Assembly (NCBI RefSeq): GCF_006345805.1
Contig: NC_043007.1
Span: forward strand, 9,424,001 to 9,488,000
Direction of reading: 5' to 3'
Source: Octopus sinensis
Lineage: Eukaryota
DNA length: 64,000 nt
Positions 25,600 through 38,610 of the stretch are shown here, piece after piece. How positions within the stretch are numbered: the first letter of the stretch is position 1; each line of letters opens with the position of its first letter. The position numbers were made by a program, and so were the translations under genes. A model generated the notes under the pieces. It was not told the DNA's origin, ran no database searches, and saw only the letters and a list, made by a program, of their open reading frames with translations.

Positions 25600-25760
25600 T
25601 GTATTGGATTGTTTCAGTTTCCATCTTCCATGTCCACTCATTTTGGTTGGCCCGAGGCTATAATAGAAGATTCTTACCGAAGCGACCGAACAGTGGGATT
25701 GAACCCGAAACTATGCGGTTCAGAAGCAAACTTCTTTCCATGTAGTCACTCGTGCGCCCA
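25600..25760 (-). mobile_element. SINE family C, 5' part (shorter related piece at 24783-24850)
   Basis: gtttcagtttccatcttcc...ggcccgaggctataatagaag...gggattgaacccgaaac. Confidence 0.75.
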
Positions 25761-26244
25761 TCTAGCAAGCGTAATAAAGTAGCTTTTATCTATTATCTTC
25801 TCGTTATGCTTCAGTCAGTAGACTACGGCCATACTACCACACAGCCTTGAATCCAACGCTTGTTTTGAGCATGGTACTTACTCTATTGAACTTTTATGCG
25901 TCGCTAGAGGATCCTTGCCTGAGGTGTCAAGCACTGGAACGGCCGCAAACCACTTGGTTGCAAAGCAATTTTTTTATGGGCAAGGTTATGCCTGTAACTA
26001 TCTATAGCAAACTAATAACAATAATGTCTTTGAAATGCAGAAGGCAAATAAAAAATGTGGAACTCATCGATTTGATCGAACTCAGTGCATGATTTTATTA
26101 ATTGATTCTTGATGGATGAAAAGGAAAGCTGGCCTCGCCGAGATTTGAATTCTAAACGTAAAGGACCGAAATATAATTCTGTAAATGTGTTGCTGGAATT
26201 GCAAGAAAAAAATGTCAAATCTAAGTAAAATCCCAACGTACTAG

Positions 26245-26830
26245 ATATTATTTTCTACTCTATGCACAAGGCCCGAAATTTTGGGGGAAGGAGCCAGTCG
26301 AATACATCGATCCCAGTACGAAACTGGTAGTTAATTTATCGACCCTCGAAAGGATAAAAGGTAAAGCCAACCTCGGCGAAATTTGAACACTGAACGTAGC
26401 GGCAGACGAAATACCTATTTCTTTACTACCCACAAGGGGCTAAACACGGAGAGGACAAAGAAGGACAGACAAACGGATTAAGTCGATTATATCGACCCCA
26501 GTGTGCAATTGGTTCTTATTTAATCGACACCGAAAGGATGAAAGGCAAAGTCGACCTCGGCGGAATTTGAACTCAGAACGTAGGGGCAGACAAAATGTCT
26601 ATTTCTTTACTACCCGCAAGAGGCTAAACACAGAGAGGACAAACAAGGACAGACAAACGGATGAAGTCGATTATAACGACCCCAGTGCGTAACTGGTACT
26701 TATTTTATCGACCTCGAAACAATGAAAGGCAAAGTCGACCTCGGCGGAATTTGAACTCAGAACGTAGGGGCAGACAAAATACCGGTAAGTATTTCGCCCG
26801 ACGTGCTAATGTTTCTGCCAGCTCGCCGCC
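26245..26830 (-). mobile_element. SINE family B head-to-tail trimer
   Basis: One headed unit followed by two headless units joined at gtaaagaaatag; the last unit carries the alternative tail. Confidence 0.88.
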
Positions 26831-27801
26831 TCCCCAACGAAGTAGCTATTACAATATAAAAAAGCCCTAATGTCGATTCTGTCATTTAATTTATATTTTC
26901 CCTTCCCAGCTTCTTTATTTGGAAATTCTATCCAATGCTTAGGGTATAGTTTGAGGGAGATTTTGTCTCTATTTCTGGAAAGCCTTACGATCAGGAAGAC
27001 TCTGAATCGGTGCCTGGACGAGTAAGTAGAAGCCTGCAAATTGGCATCGTTGGAACAGGTTTTTTTCCTTATATAACAACTCGATGGAAATAGCATTGAA
27101 TATTCTCTCACACTTCAAGATAGAAACATTAACGTGACTTTCGTAATACGTGCGTTGACTGATAAATGCCTTCAGCATTTAGAACAGAATAAAACTGATA
27201 TTCAAGAAAAATAAGTAACGCATTCGTTTCTTCCGAAATACTTTTGGCAAGTAGTCGTAAAAACAACAATTGGCTTTTATCTTTTGCTGTTAGTGATGAA
27301 CTTGCAGCTCTTTAAATTTATAAGGAACATGAAATGGATTTTATTTCGAGCTTTGACAATTATTATTTATATTATTTTCCTCTATTTTCTTCCATTTTCT
27401 TTATTTTCTACGCATTTTCTTCTTTCGTTGCATTTAACTATTTATTTTCGATTGTTTCCTTTTTATTTTCCTCTTATTTCTCTCCTTTTCTTTCCATCGT
27501 CATCTCCCACATCATTCTGATTTCTTCTTTTCCTTCTTCTCCTTCTTCTCCTTCTTCTCTTCTTCTTTCTCCCCCTCACGTTCTCTTCTTCTTCTTCGCC
27601 TTCTTCTTCTAACTTCTCCTCCATTTTTTTTTCGCTGTACTTCCTAAGTGAGACATTGCCTTCACTCTGTTAACACATTACTGCAACAATAAATTAAATT
27701 GTTCACATTTTTCCATCATTTCTCGACATTACATATCCGTTGAGAGAGCTTTCTGCAATCACGTCGAAAGAGACGAATAAGGAACATATCTATACGTGTG
27801 A

Positions 27802-27838
<37 letters not shown>

Positions 27839-27907
27839 TGTGTATGTGTGGATGTGTTTGGTACGCGTGTTTGTGTATATCTATGTAAGTGCGCAAATAT
27901 GTATGAG

Positions 27908-27951
<44 letters not shown>

Positions 27952-28699
27952 ATACATATATATGAATGTATATTGTGCGTGTACGTGTGTTTGTGTGCAT
28001 GTGCGTGTGAATAAATATGAGTGTCCTATGTATGTGTATTATATATATATATATTATATATATATATATATATATACATGTAGGTGCATACGTGTATATA
28101 TATTTGAATATGCATCGTATGTATATGTATATAGATAGACATATATACATACTATAGTCACATATAAACACATACATATATGTACACACATGCATACATC
28201 CACAAATACAACATACTCTTTCTCTCTCCTTCACAAACACACAAACACACATACATATATATACATATAGAATGCATGAAGAAGCTTTAACGATCACAGG
28301 AAATGTGCTATAATGCTGCTGCTATCACGACAACGACGACGACAACCACCACTACCACCACTACTACTATTACTGCTACTGCTGCTGCTACATCTTCTGC
28401 TGTAACAGTTGTTGCTTCTGCTGCTGCTGCTCCCAAGTTGCTTTATGGATATGGTTTTATTATATTTTGTTCTCTGTAGCAAATATTTTTAACGTAACAT
28501 AAGAAATGAAATCCATTTTCTTTATAAACTCCTTCATATGATGTATCTGCTTGTCTTTGGACGGACCAACTGATGTATACTTTCCTCCTGCTAAGACGTT
28601 CTTGCTGTGAAATAGTATGTGCTGCGTGCATTATATGTGTTTGTGAATTTATCTGTGTATGCCTCTGTGAGTGTGTTTGTGTGTGTGTATGGAAGAAGT

Positions 28700-29010
28700 C
28701 GAGGGAAGGTGCGTGGCTTGGTGGTTAATGCATTTGGCTCAAAATCATGAGGTTGTGAGTTCGATTGCCGACGGCGCGTTGTGTCCTTGGGTAAAACATT
28801 TTATTCCTTTTATTTCCGGTTACACCTGTCCAATTAGACAGTAAAAATTAGTAGCACCTGTGATTCGAAAGGTCGGCTGCTTTGTCACATTATTTATTAT
28901 GCTGAATCCCCTCCTCCTGGGAGCTACGTTAAGGGTAAGCGTTTCTTTGCTCAGCCGCTTGCAAGTTAATTTTACGAACTGTCTGTTCTGTTTCTCAGAT
29001 CAATCGGCAC
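28700..29010 (+). mobile_element. SINE family A, degenerate
   Basis: tggcttggtggtt...gagttcgattgcc; gctacgttaagggta...gctcagccgcttgcaagttaatttt. Confidence 0.7.
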
Positions 29011-29224
29011 AATAACCGTAGTATGTGTGGGTGTGTCTTTGTGTGTGTGTGAGTGTGACTGTATTTGTAGATACGGGAGTTTCTGCGCGTGACAGTCTGT
29101 GTGTCTATGTGCATGTATATGCGTTTGTATGTGTATCTATGAGACCTTAAGCATGAGATTAAAGTTCAGCTTTCAACCTATCTGCTAAAAAGCTTGCTTC
29201 TGAACCTGAACGAGAGCTGGAGTC

Positions 29225-29692
29225 GGAGAATTTGTAAGAATCTGTGGAAATTTTATATTCAAATGGACAAGAAATTAGAAAACTAATAGACCAGACATAA
29301 CAATAATAGACAAGAAAAGCGAAGTTGCCTACGAATTGATCCATCATATCCGTTTGATTCCGGAATCATAAAGAAAGAAGACGAAAAAAAATATAATCCC
29401 TTCAAATTTGAAATTGCAAGAATTTGGAATATGAAAATTGTAAAGGTTGTACCTATAACAATTCGTGCATTGGGAACTGTAAGCGAAGATATAGACAAAT
29501 GGTTGAAGGAAATTGAAATAGAATATCCTGTAGATTTTCTATATAACGTTTGCCTCTTAGGGGCAGGAAAGATTATCATGAGGGTCTTAAGCACTTGAAT
29601 TAAAAGTTTCTGGATACCTAAGGTTGCAGATTGTAACTCGCTACCCGCATAAATTCTACGAGGAATAAGACCGAACCTGAGCCAAACCAACA
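29225..29692 (+). mobile_element. R4/Dong-like LINE 3' end (RLE domain, 3' UTR) followed by (TAA)n
   Basis: RPDITIIDKK...IDPSYPFDSGIIKKEDEK...KVVPITIRALGTVS...CLLGAGKIIMRVLST*; (TAA)n from 29692. Confidence 0.88.
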
Positions 29693-29707
29693 TAATAATA
29701 ATAATAA

Positions 29708-29775
<68 letters not shown>

Positions 29776-29777
29776 TG

Positions 29778-29818
<41 letters not shown>

Positions 29819-29861
29819 TATAACAATGATGATGATGATGATGATGATAGTAATAATCATT

Positions 29862-30450
29862 TTTTATTAGCCACTAGGGCCGAACCACAACAAAAATCGA
29901 CGAGTGGAGCTTAGCGCAATAAAAAAGTATCAATTATTAACAAAATTTAAACGATAAAATTCCTCGAAAGTTAATGAATTCCACACATCCTTGTCATCCC
30001 GACTGCCAAGGGCATCTCAACCAAGCATCTATTTTCTCCTCAACCCCTCTGGCCTACAGGCGTATGCTGAGTGTGGACTATTCACCAACCTTTCAACAAC
30101 AATACTGGGCGAAGGGAGGCAGAACGTTCCACTGGACCCTCATTTTCCTTTTCAAGTGGAACTTGAAAAAGTGCATGATACTTGGCCAGAGTGTGAAGTA
30201 TTTGTCTCTAGTCCTCTCAGCCTCGTCCACCACACTACATCTTTCGCCGTAGTTACCAGACAGAGGAAAACTGCGAGGCGATCTTCACGATGGGTTCAGC
30301 ACATAAACGGATCCGTCCTAAACGCGTCAAAAGCTTTTCGAAAAATCAGCACAAGTCAGCAATCCGTGGACACCAGTTGAATGCATGCGGAAATGTCTCT
30401 TCACCCTCAAACCATCACGGAGAGACCCTTCTAACAGCGCTTCCCTGCCT
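29862..30450 (-). mobile_element. Tx1/L1-like LINE 3' end, degraded
   Basis: Minus-strand residues ETFPHAFNWCP...CLVTTAKDVVWWTRLRGLET...HLKRKMRV resemble the ORF2 C-terminus. Confidence 0.65.
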
Positions 30451-30845
30451 ATAAAGCTTGATTCGAACCGGCAGAGCTCTCTACCCCACACCAGCTGCAC
30501 TGCCAAGCCAGAAATTTGGGAATTATCACTTCATAAGACGAAATATTCTTCATGGCAATAACCCCAGCATGGCTGCAGTTTAATGATTCAAACAAGCAAA
30601 AGATTAATGTGTGTGTGTGTGGTTGTGTGTGTGGTGGGGACGCGTGTATACACACGAAGATGTGCTGCAATGTTTAGGGGCCAACAATGGAGTGATGCTA
30701 GAGCTGTGCTGTAAAACTTTGCTTGCATTAATTCAATTATTCTTATTTATAACTGTATTTCTTTGCAGGTAAGTTCACACACACACACACACACACACGC
30801 ACACACACACACACACAGGAACACGCACACACACACACGAAAACG

Positions 30846-30877
<32 letters not shown>

Positions 30878-30934
30878 TATATATATATATATATATATAG
30901 TGGAAAGATCCACGGAGCACGATGCACGTTAGGG

Positions 30935-31085
30935 ATTGTATTTTTTCCGCCATCTTTCTCTACGATCCTTGAATCAAAGGGATATGATGGATCAATTAGT
31001 AAGCAACTTTGCTTTTTCCTGACTATTATTATGTCTGGTCTATTATTTTCTAGTTTCTTGTCCATTTGATTACAAAAGTTCCACG
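30935..31085 (-). mobile_element. R4/Dong-like RLE fragment
   Basis: ORF 30877-31065: DKKLENNRPDIIIVRKKQSCLLIDPSYPFDSRIVEK, homologous to 29270-29390. Confidence 0.85.
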
Positions 31086-31251
31086 GAATCTTAAAAATTC
31101 GGGTTTGACCCGATGTTTATGCTATGCGTTACCAAATTTAAATTCTCGTTTCTGGCGAAGCTTCCAGTGTAAAGCTTTTACGTGGTTAAAAAACGACAAT
31201 CAAAACAGTAAGTGCGTGTGTATATAAGTGTGTGTTTGTGTGTTGTGTGTG

Positions 31252-31284
<33 letters not shown>

Positions 31285-31309
31285 ATGTGCGTGTGTGTGA
31301 GTCTATAAG

Positions 31310-31500
31310 TTTATTTTTGTGTATTCTTGTTCCCCACCATCGCATTTGTTAGTGTGTTTACGTCTCCGTAGGCTAGTGGCCCTGCTAAACAACCGTGCGA
31401 ATAAGCCCCACGTTTTAAAGGTAAGCACTTCTGTGCATTTTGGTCGATTAAAGCCAAGGAAATGCTAAATTATGGCCGCGGTCTGGTGACTTTAAAAAAA
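31310..31500 (+). mobile_element. SINE family C, degenerate 3' part
   Basis: ttcccccaccatcgc...gtgtttacgtc...ggtcgattaaag...atggccgcggtc. Confidence 0.6.
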
Positions 31501-31795
31501 TAATGATAATGATACGCCACAACGCTATGCATATGCTTATGGATCACAACAATTTGATTCAAATTCGTTGGTATCCTTGAGGTTCAAGCGTGATGCTACT
31601 CGTCAACCATTTTGCATTTCAAATACAAAATGGCTGACGACAAGCATCACGCTTGAAACTCAAAAGTACTAACGAATTTGAATCAAACTGTTTTGCTCTA
31701 TACATGTAACTCCCAATAAATTTATTGAGTGACCTTTTTCGTTTATCCTATCACTGGTTATACAAACAAGCATTGATTCATATATACACGCATGC

Positions 31796-31858
<63 letters not shown>

Positions 31859-33713
31859 GAAATCAAAGATGACATAGCGAAAGATGTTGAAATGATATGA
31901 TTTACAAATAATGGTGCAATGTATCGAACGTATTTGTCTGTTATAATATGTCAGTGTGATGTAAAAACCACTTTACGACTCTATGTTCACATAGTATTAA
32001 CCTTGTTTATTTGTATTTCTGAATTTACGAACGCACGCACACGCACACACACATACAAACACACACGCAGATATTTTTACGTGTTTATATAGATATCTGC
32101 ATGTGAATCTGTGTATGTATATATATGTGTGTGTGTGTGTATTCGTCGGTGTTTATGAAGAATTGTATGTCTCAGTGCACATGGCATTAACTTTGTAAAA
32201 TACACACATGCGGCGCGGAACAAGAAGTATGATAATGTGTTGTATATTGTACAAAGAACGATTAACATTTTCGAAGCAATCTCAGTATAATAATACTGTG
32301 CCTATCTACATATACTGTGTCAAAACAGCGCTGGGTCGCTGCAGAAAACGTAGTACCGACTATAGTCAAGCCTAGCTGTTGGTGGTGATGGAATATTGTA
32401 TGCTTAGCTTCAGCGGAAATGGCAGGAAATTGAGCCGCTTCCTTTAGTGTCAGAACGTAATAAATGAAGCTGTCTTGATAATGAAGAAGTACGTGTGTGT
32501 ATAAAACTAATAATTGTACGGTGGATTTAAAACGTTAGGCGAACAGATAAGTGACAAGAAAAACAGAAGCCTGTGTAATTGATGCGAATTGTGTTGTTGA
32601 ATGCATCAATGAAAATGGAGCTTAGCAGAGAATATGTACGCTCGTATACATACATTAAGAAATAAGCATACACAAACGTACATACATACATACATGCATA
32701 CACACATACAAAATTCAATACATTTGTATTGTATGTGCGTGTGTGTGTAGATGTAAGTATATATATATATATATATATATACCCATGCATACACACACAT
32801 ATATATTGGTATAAATAAATAAATATATATATATATATAGACATGCATACACACACATATATATATGTTGGTATAAATAAATAAATATATATATATATTA
32901 TATGCTTATGTGTATAAATATCTGTGTGTGCAGATCGTAGCATGCATACATAACTGTTTACATACACAGAAAGGTTTTCGCTAAATGATATAAACTGCAC
33001 AGAAATGATGTGTCTGCGATAATGGTAAAGGATTATGGAGTATGTTCTACTCGAACAAAAAAAACATACCAATTCATACACTCAGAATCATAGAGCATGT
33101 TGTGTACTTGTGTGGGTGGCTGTGCGTGCATGAGTGTGTGGGTGTGTGCATGTTTCTTCCGTGTGTTTGCGTGATTGTATATGTGCATGTATGCATGTCT
33201 ATATATGGGCATATCTGTGACTCAATATTCCAAGAGTTCATATAAATCAACTAGGAACCAATAACAGTCAATATTAATTGAGCTTCTACATGGGCGTCAC
33301 TCGCAATCAATTCTCTTCATCTCTGTCTCACACCGCACAGTTCCTCTTCACACACTTCTGACACTTTTCCCCTGCATTCATTAACACTCTGCTTTTCAGA
33401 TTTAGTTAAATACTAATGATTAGGGATTAGTGAAGGCGCGTGGATTTATTGTTGGTGTTTTCGGCTCACGAATCGACCTTCTCACTGGCCAATAGGGATA
33501 AACAACACTCAGCTAAACATCCACCAAATAACGTTATATCGCCTGAAGAAATGAATCCTCGAAGATCATCCACCGGGATGATCACGTGTACTACGGCCTA
33601 CACCGTAATCGTCCTAGGAATACAGACTGTGATCTGTGGAAATGCGCGTAACGATGCATTAAATATTTCTTAATTCCATCCAAGCATTATTGTCATTATA
33701 CATACATACATAC

Positions 33714-33777
<64 letters not shown>

Positions 33778-35274
33778 ACTTTAGGGTCGGTCAGATGGGG
33801 GAGCGAATGAAACCTTTAGATAAAATTATGTCACCAATGGCTTCTTCATCATAAATATATGATCTTAACCATCTCACGATGAGCTCATGTGTCTAAATAT
33901 ACCCCCATCCCTACTGGGCTCCCGAGAAAAACATAAATAGTTGCGTATAGAACACAAAATTAACGATTGCAGGCAAACTAATGGACATAATCGGTTGCAT
34001 TTCCCTTTTCTAAATGTGTTGTTCATGACCACTTTACAGGGGATCCGGCAGAGGGAACATTTAACCTACTCTCGCTATAGCGGGAACGAGGGGTTAAAGG
34101 GTTGTCCTATGATTCCACGCCGAAACAAGAACTCGTTAATTTGTACATCTAAACTAAATTTGCGACTAGTTGGCTTGCAAAAGATTTCTAATCTGCACTG
34201 TTATGACTAACATGGAAACGTCTGATATACTTCTGACCTATTTTTGATTCAAGATTAATCCTAATTCTTAAACGCCGCATGGGGTAAATTCCAGGGTTCG
34301 AATAGACTTTCGGTAGTAGTTGCGTAAGATGACTGAGTACCTTTTTTTCCTCTCCGAGAGAAATCTATTTATATTCGTCCTGGACAAAATATTATGGTTA
34401 CTATCGCACCCTTTCTATACTAAACCATTAAATAGACGTATTTGATAAGATAAAACGACTATACAGGCAATATTCACAGTAGGAACATCAATATTAAAAA
34501 AAAGTCTAGCAATAAACAAACAAGAGTTTTTTTGCGCTTAGAATAAAATAGAAATTATTCGCAGCTTTCAATATTACTCAATACAATACCAAATGCTAGC
34601 AAAAACGTAAGAGCCATCAAGTTATAAAAACATTCTTGTAATAAACAATAGTTTTAGTGTTATAAATCTGAGGCTGATCGAACTAGATTAGATTATATTG
34701 AAAAACAGAAGAGAATTAGTGACATTTACAAACCTTTACTTAAAATCTTTCATTGCCGAGTTATTTTATTTGTAAGAAAAGTATTAGAAGAGAATTCTTG
34801 CTAAGAGAAAAAAAGGAGAATAAAAAAAAATTACGGATGAATTATTTGTGTATGGAAGAGAAAGCATCGCAATAATAAAGCTAAAATTTAAATATAATGG
34901 ACAATGTGAGAATTTTATTTATTTATTTACTTATATATTTATTTATTTATTTATTTATTTATTTGCAATTTGAAATTCTGAAGCTGTATGACGAATGCAC
35001 AACGGGGATGATATATTGAAGGAAATAAAAAAGTGAGTATTTACAAGAAAGAATAACGCTAATTAGTTATATAAAAGCATTATGTGTGTAAGAATATACA
35101 AAATGCAGCCCCCTCCTTAGAATAAAAAAAAAACAACGCAAAAAACATCTGCGTGCTTAGTCGGCATCACCAGAAGATGAAAGAATGTCTCTGATGCTTG
35201 GGTTTAAAACCTGAAATAAATACATCCTTCATAGATGCAAAAGGTCAGTGACGGGTCACAGATTTCATACTAAT

Positions 35275-35326
35275 TGTATATATATATATATACATATATG
35301 GGTGCATACAAGCGTATATAAATATG

Positions 35327-35386
<60 letters not shown>

Positions 35387-35502
35387 TATATATATACATA
35401 TACAAATATATATAAGTATATATATATACATATATATATATATATGTATGTATGTATATGTATATTTATGTATGTATGTATGTGTATATATAAACGTATG
35501 TA

Positions 35503-35565
<63 letters not shown>

Positions 35566-35570
35566 TGTAC
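35275..35570. repeat. (TA)n-rich microsatellite cluster
   Basis: Direct inspection. Confidence 0.9.
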
Positions 35571-35894
35571 ATATGAATGTGTTGTTTCCCCATGGATGGT
35601 ACGCATTCCTATAAAGGAGTCACGTCTCCAGACGGTACATTATTGCCAGGGCAGTTAGTTCCAGCTGCCGTCTTTGTCACCAAGAATGTCTTAGTATCAC
35701 AAAAGAGAACAAATTGGATGAGGCAGTCATGGGAAAGCTCTACTATTTCTGCTCCCCAAAACGGAACAGACTTCAGGATGGAAAGGAAGAGCATGAGGAT
35801 TAAAAGGAGTGTGAATGGGAGGATGAAGAGGTGGAGGTGGAAATGATGTATTAAAAGAACAAGAACAATATCAACAAGGTAGTAGCAGTTGTCG

Positions 35895-36195
35895 TCGTGG
35901 AGATGATGATGATGATGATGATTACTGTGATCACTATCATAATCATAATGATAACGATGATCATGATGATGACGAAGACGACGATAGTGATGATGACAAC
36001 GATGATGGTGGTGGTCGACGTCGTCGTAGTGAAGCTGATGCTGGTGATAATGACGGCGATTATGACGGTGATGGTGATGATGATGACGGCGACGACGAGA
36101 ACGACAATGAAGATGATTGTGAAAGTTGTGGGGTGGGGGCGGGGTGGGGTGAGGATGATTATGATGGTGAAGATTATGATGATGATGATGATGAA

Positions 36196-36262
<67 letters not shown>

Positions 36263-36345
36263 GTGATGATGAAGATAATGGTTGATTAAGATGGTGATGA
36301 TGGGGATGCAGATGATGATTCTGAAGCTGAGGAGGAGAATGGTGA
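35895..36345. repeat. (GAT)n-rich trinucleotide mosaic
   Basis: Direct inspection; gives the poly-M/H/S ORFs. Confidence 0.9.
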
Positions 36346-36394
36346 AAATCATGTTGATTATGGTCTTTGGTTACCATTCTTGAAGGTTGATCAT

Positions 36395-36870
36395 TCGCAT
36401 GCACATGGATACGTCACTCGGTATACATCCATTTTGAGGCCTCCGTTAGGTTTGCAGACTTTATGGAATAGAAGGCATTGAAAGGTGTGCACAGTTATAT
36501 AGGCAGAATAGTTGGGGAAAGTTCGTCTATCATGGGTTCGGTCTGTCACAAACTGTGCAGCCAAAAATGTCACTGAGATTCACCTTCTCTTTTGCAACAT
36601 TGTTTAATCTCTATTGAATCTTGCAACTGTTATCCTGGCCTCCTCAAACGCTTTCACTCCTTTTCACACATTTGTTCGCCATCCAGATCGATCTGAAGCA
36701 AAGATTTCTATGGCCTTTGTATACCTTCCAAGTAATGTCATATTAGACCTGATGCCGTCATTAAACCTCTTGTGAGGTTTACACTCATTGCATTTCACCT
36801 CTGCAAGCTCTCCATAATACAGCTGTTTGGGCGTTCGTTCCACCGCCATTCGAACAATATCAATATGGCC
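36395..36870 (-). mobile_element. RTE-clade LINE 3' end
   Basis: ERTPKQLYYGELAEVKCNECKPHKRFNDGIRSNM...ASDRSGWRTNV matches the RTE PKQLLYGEL...RPKKRYKD...DRSxWR motif. Confidence 0.8.
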
Positions 36871-36924
36871 AGACCATCACATATACATATATATGATAGG
36901 TTTCTTTCGATATCCTTCCATGAA

Positions 36925-37030
36925 ATCCACTCACATGTCTTTCGTCGGTCCGAGAGTATAGTAGAAGACACCTGCCTAAGTTGCCACGCAGTGGGACTGA
37001 ACCCAGGCGATGTGGTTGAGTATGTACTTT
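36925..37030 (-). mobile_element. SINE family C, 5' part
   Basis: cggtccgagagtatagtagaagacacctgcctaagttgccacgcagtgggactgaaccc. Confidence 0.7.
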
Positions 37031-37319
37031 CGTTCCACATTTCTACGCCTGCCCTCTATTTCTGTCCACTCTACAATACTTACTGAGATAATGTTTTCAC
37101 TGTGCGACGCATATTTCTGATATAGAACTTAGCGATACATTACCATATACACATAGTTGTGTACATGGATGTTTGCATGCTCCTATGCATGTGTGTACCC
37201 AATTTTGTGTTGGTATGTATATAAATACATACATACAAGCTTAAAAATACAGATAGAGACACGTGTGCGGTTGTACATCCATATGTTTATTAATATATAT
37301 ATATATATATTATAAAAAG

Positions 37320-37549
37320 CGGCGAGCTGGCAGAAACATTAGCACGCCGGGCGAAATGCGTTGCCGTATTTCGTCTGCCGTTACGTTCCGAGTTCAAATT
37401 CCGCCGAGGTCGACTTTGCCTTTCATCCTTCCGGGGTCGATAAATTAAGTACCAGTTACGCACTGGGGACGATGTAATCGACTTAATCCGTTTGTCTGTC
37501 CTTGTTTGTCTCCTCTGTGTTTAGCTCCTTGTGGGTAGTAAAGAAATAT
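37320..37549 (+). mobile_element. SINE family B, full length, young subfamily
   Basis: Near-identical to 52845-53076. Confidence 0.92.
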
Positions 37550-37561
37550 ATATATATTTAA

Positions 37562-37865
37562 GCAGGCATGGCCAAGTGGTTAGGAAGTTGCACTCACAAT
37601 CGCGAGATCGTCATTTCAATTCCTAGATCGGGTGTTACGTTGTATTCTTGAGCACTCTGTCTTGGAACAACTTCATCCCCCGCTGCTCTGCGATCGTTCT
37701 GACACCTGACGCGTGAAACACCGTGCACCTGCTCAGACAACGTCGATTTGATGGACAGAGCGAGTTGAAGTGCGATACGAATATTTCATCACTATTAGCA
37801 AATCATTTGTGCAGATTGTCCAGCAAAATGCTGAACACTCATACGTCATCTTCGACGGGAGTGCC
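37562..37865 (+). mobile_element. Degenerate tRNA-derived SINE (distinct body)
   Basis: tggccaagtggtt A box, atttcaattcct B-box-like; body unlike families A-C. Confidence 0.5.
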
Positions 37866-37870
37866 CTTTA

Positions 37871-38215
<345 letters not shown>

Positions 38216-38548
38216 GTATATATATATCCATTTATCCGTCTGTCTATCTATCAATATATGTGCATTTATATAATCACACACGCACAAACACACATTAATA
38301 TATATATATATGGAAATACTATTGCACACAGACACAGATACACACACACACACACATATATATGTATACATGCATGTATGTATGCATGCATGTATGTATA
38401 TGCGTTGTATATACTTATGTGTGTATGTGTGTGATTGTATGTACGTTTGTAATTACGTGTGAGGACAAACAATCTGATTGATAGACAAAAAGATAGATAA
38501 ATAGATAGATAAATAGATAGATAGATAGGTAGGTAGGTAGGTAGGTAG

Positions 38549-38610
<62 letters not shown>

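Noticed and set aside
31413-31425. Second AG|GTAAGC juxtaposition
   Set aside because: Inside a degenerate SINE C and lacks a polypyrimidine tract
35609-36352. 247-aa poly-His ORF (and poly-Met on the + strand)
   Set aside because: (GAT)n microsatellite next to an RTE 3' end
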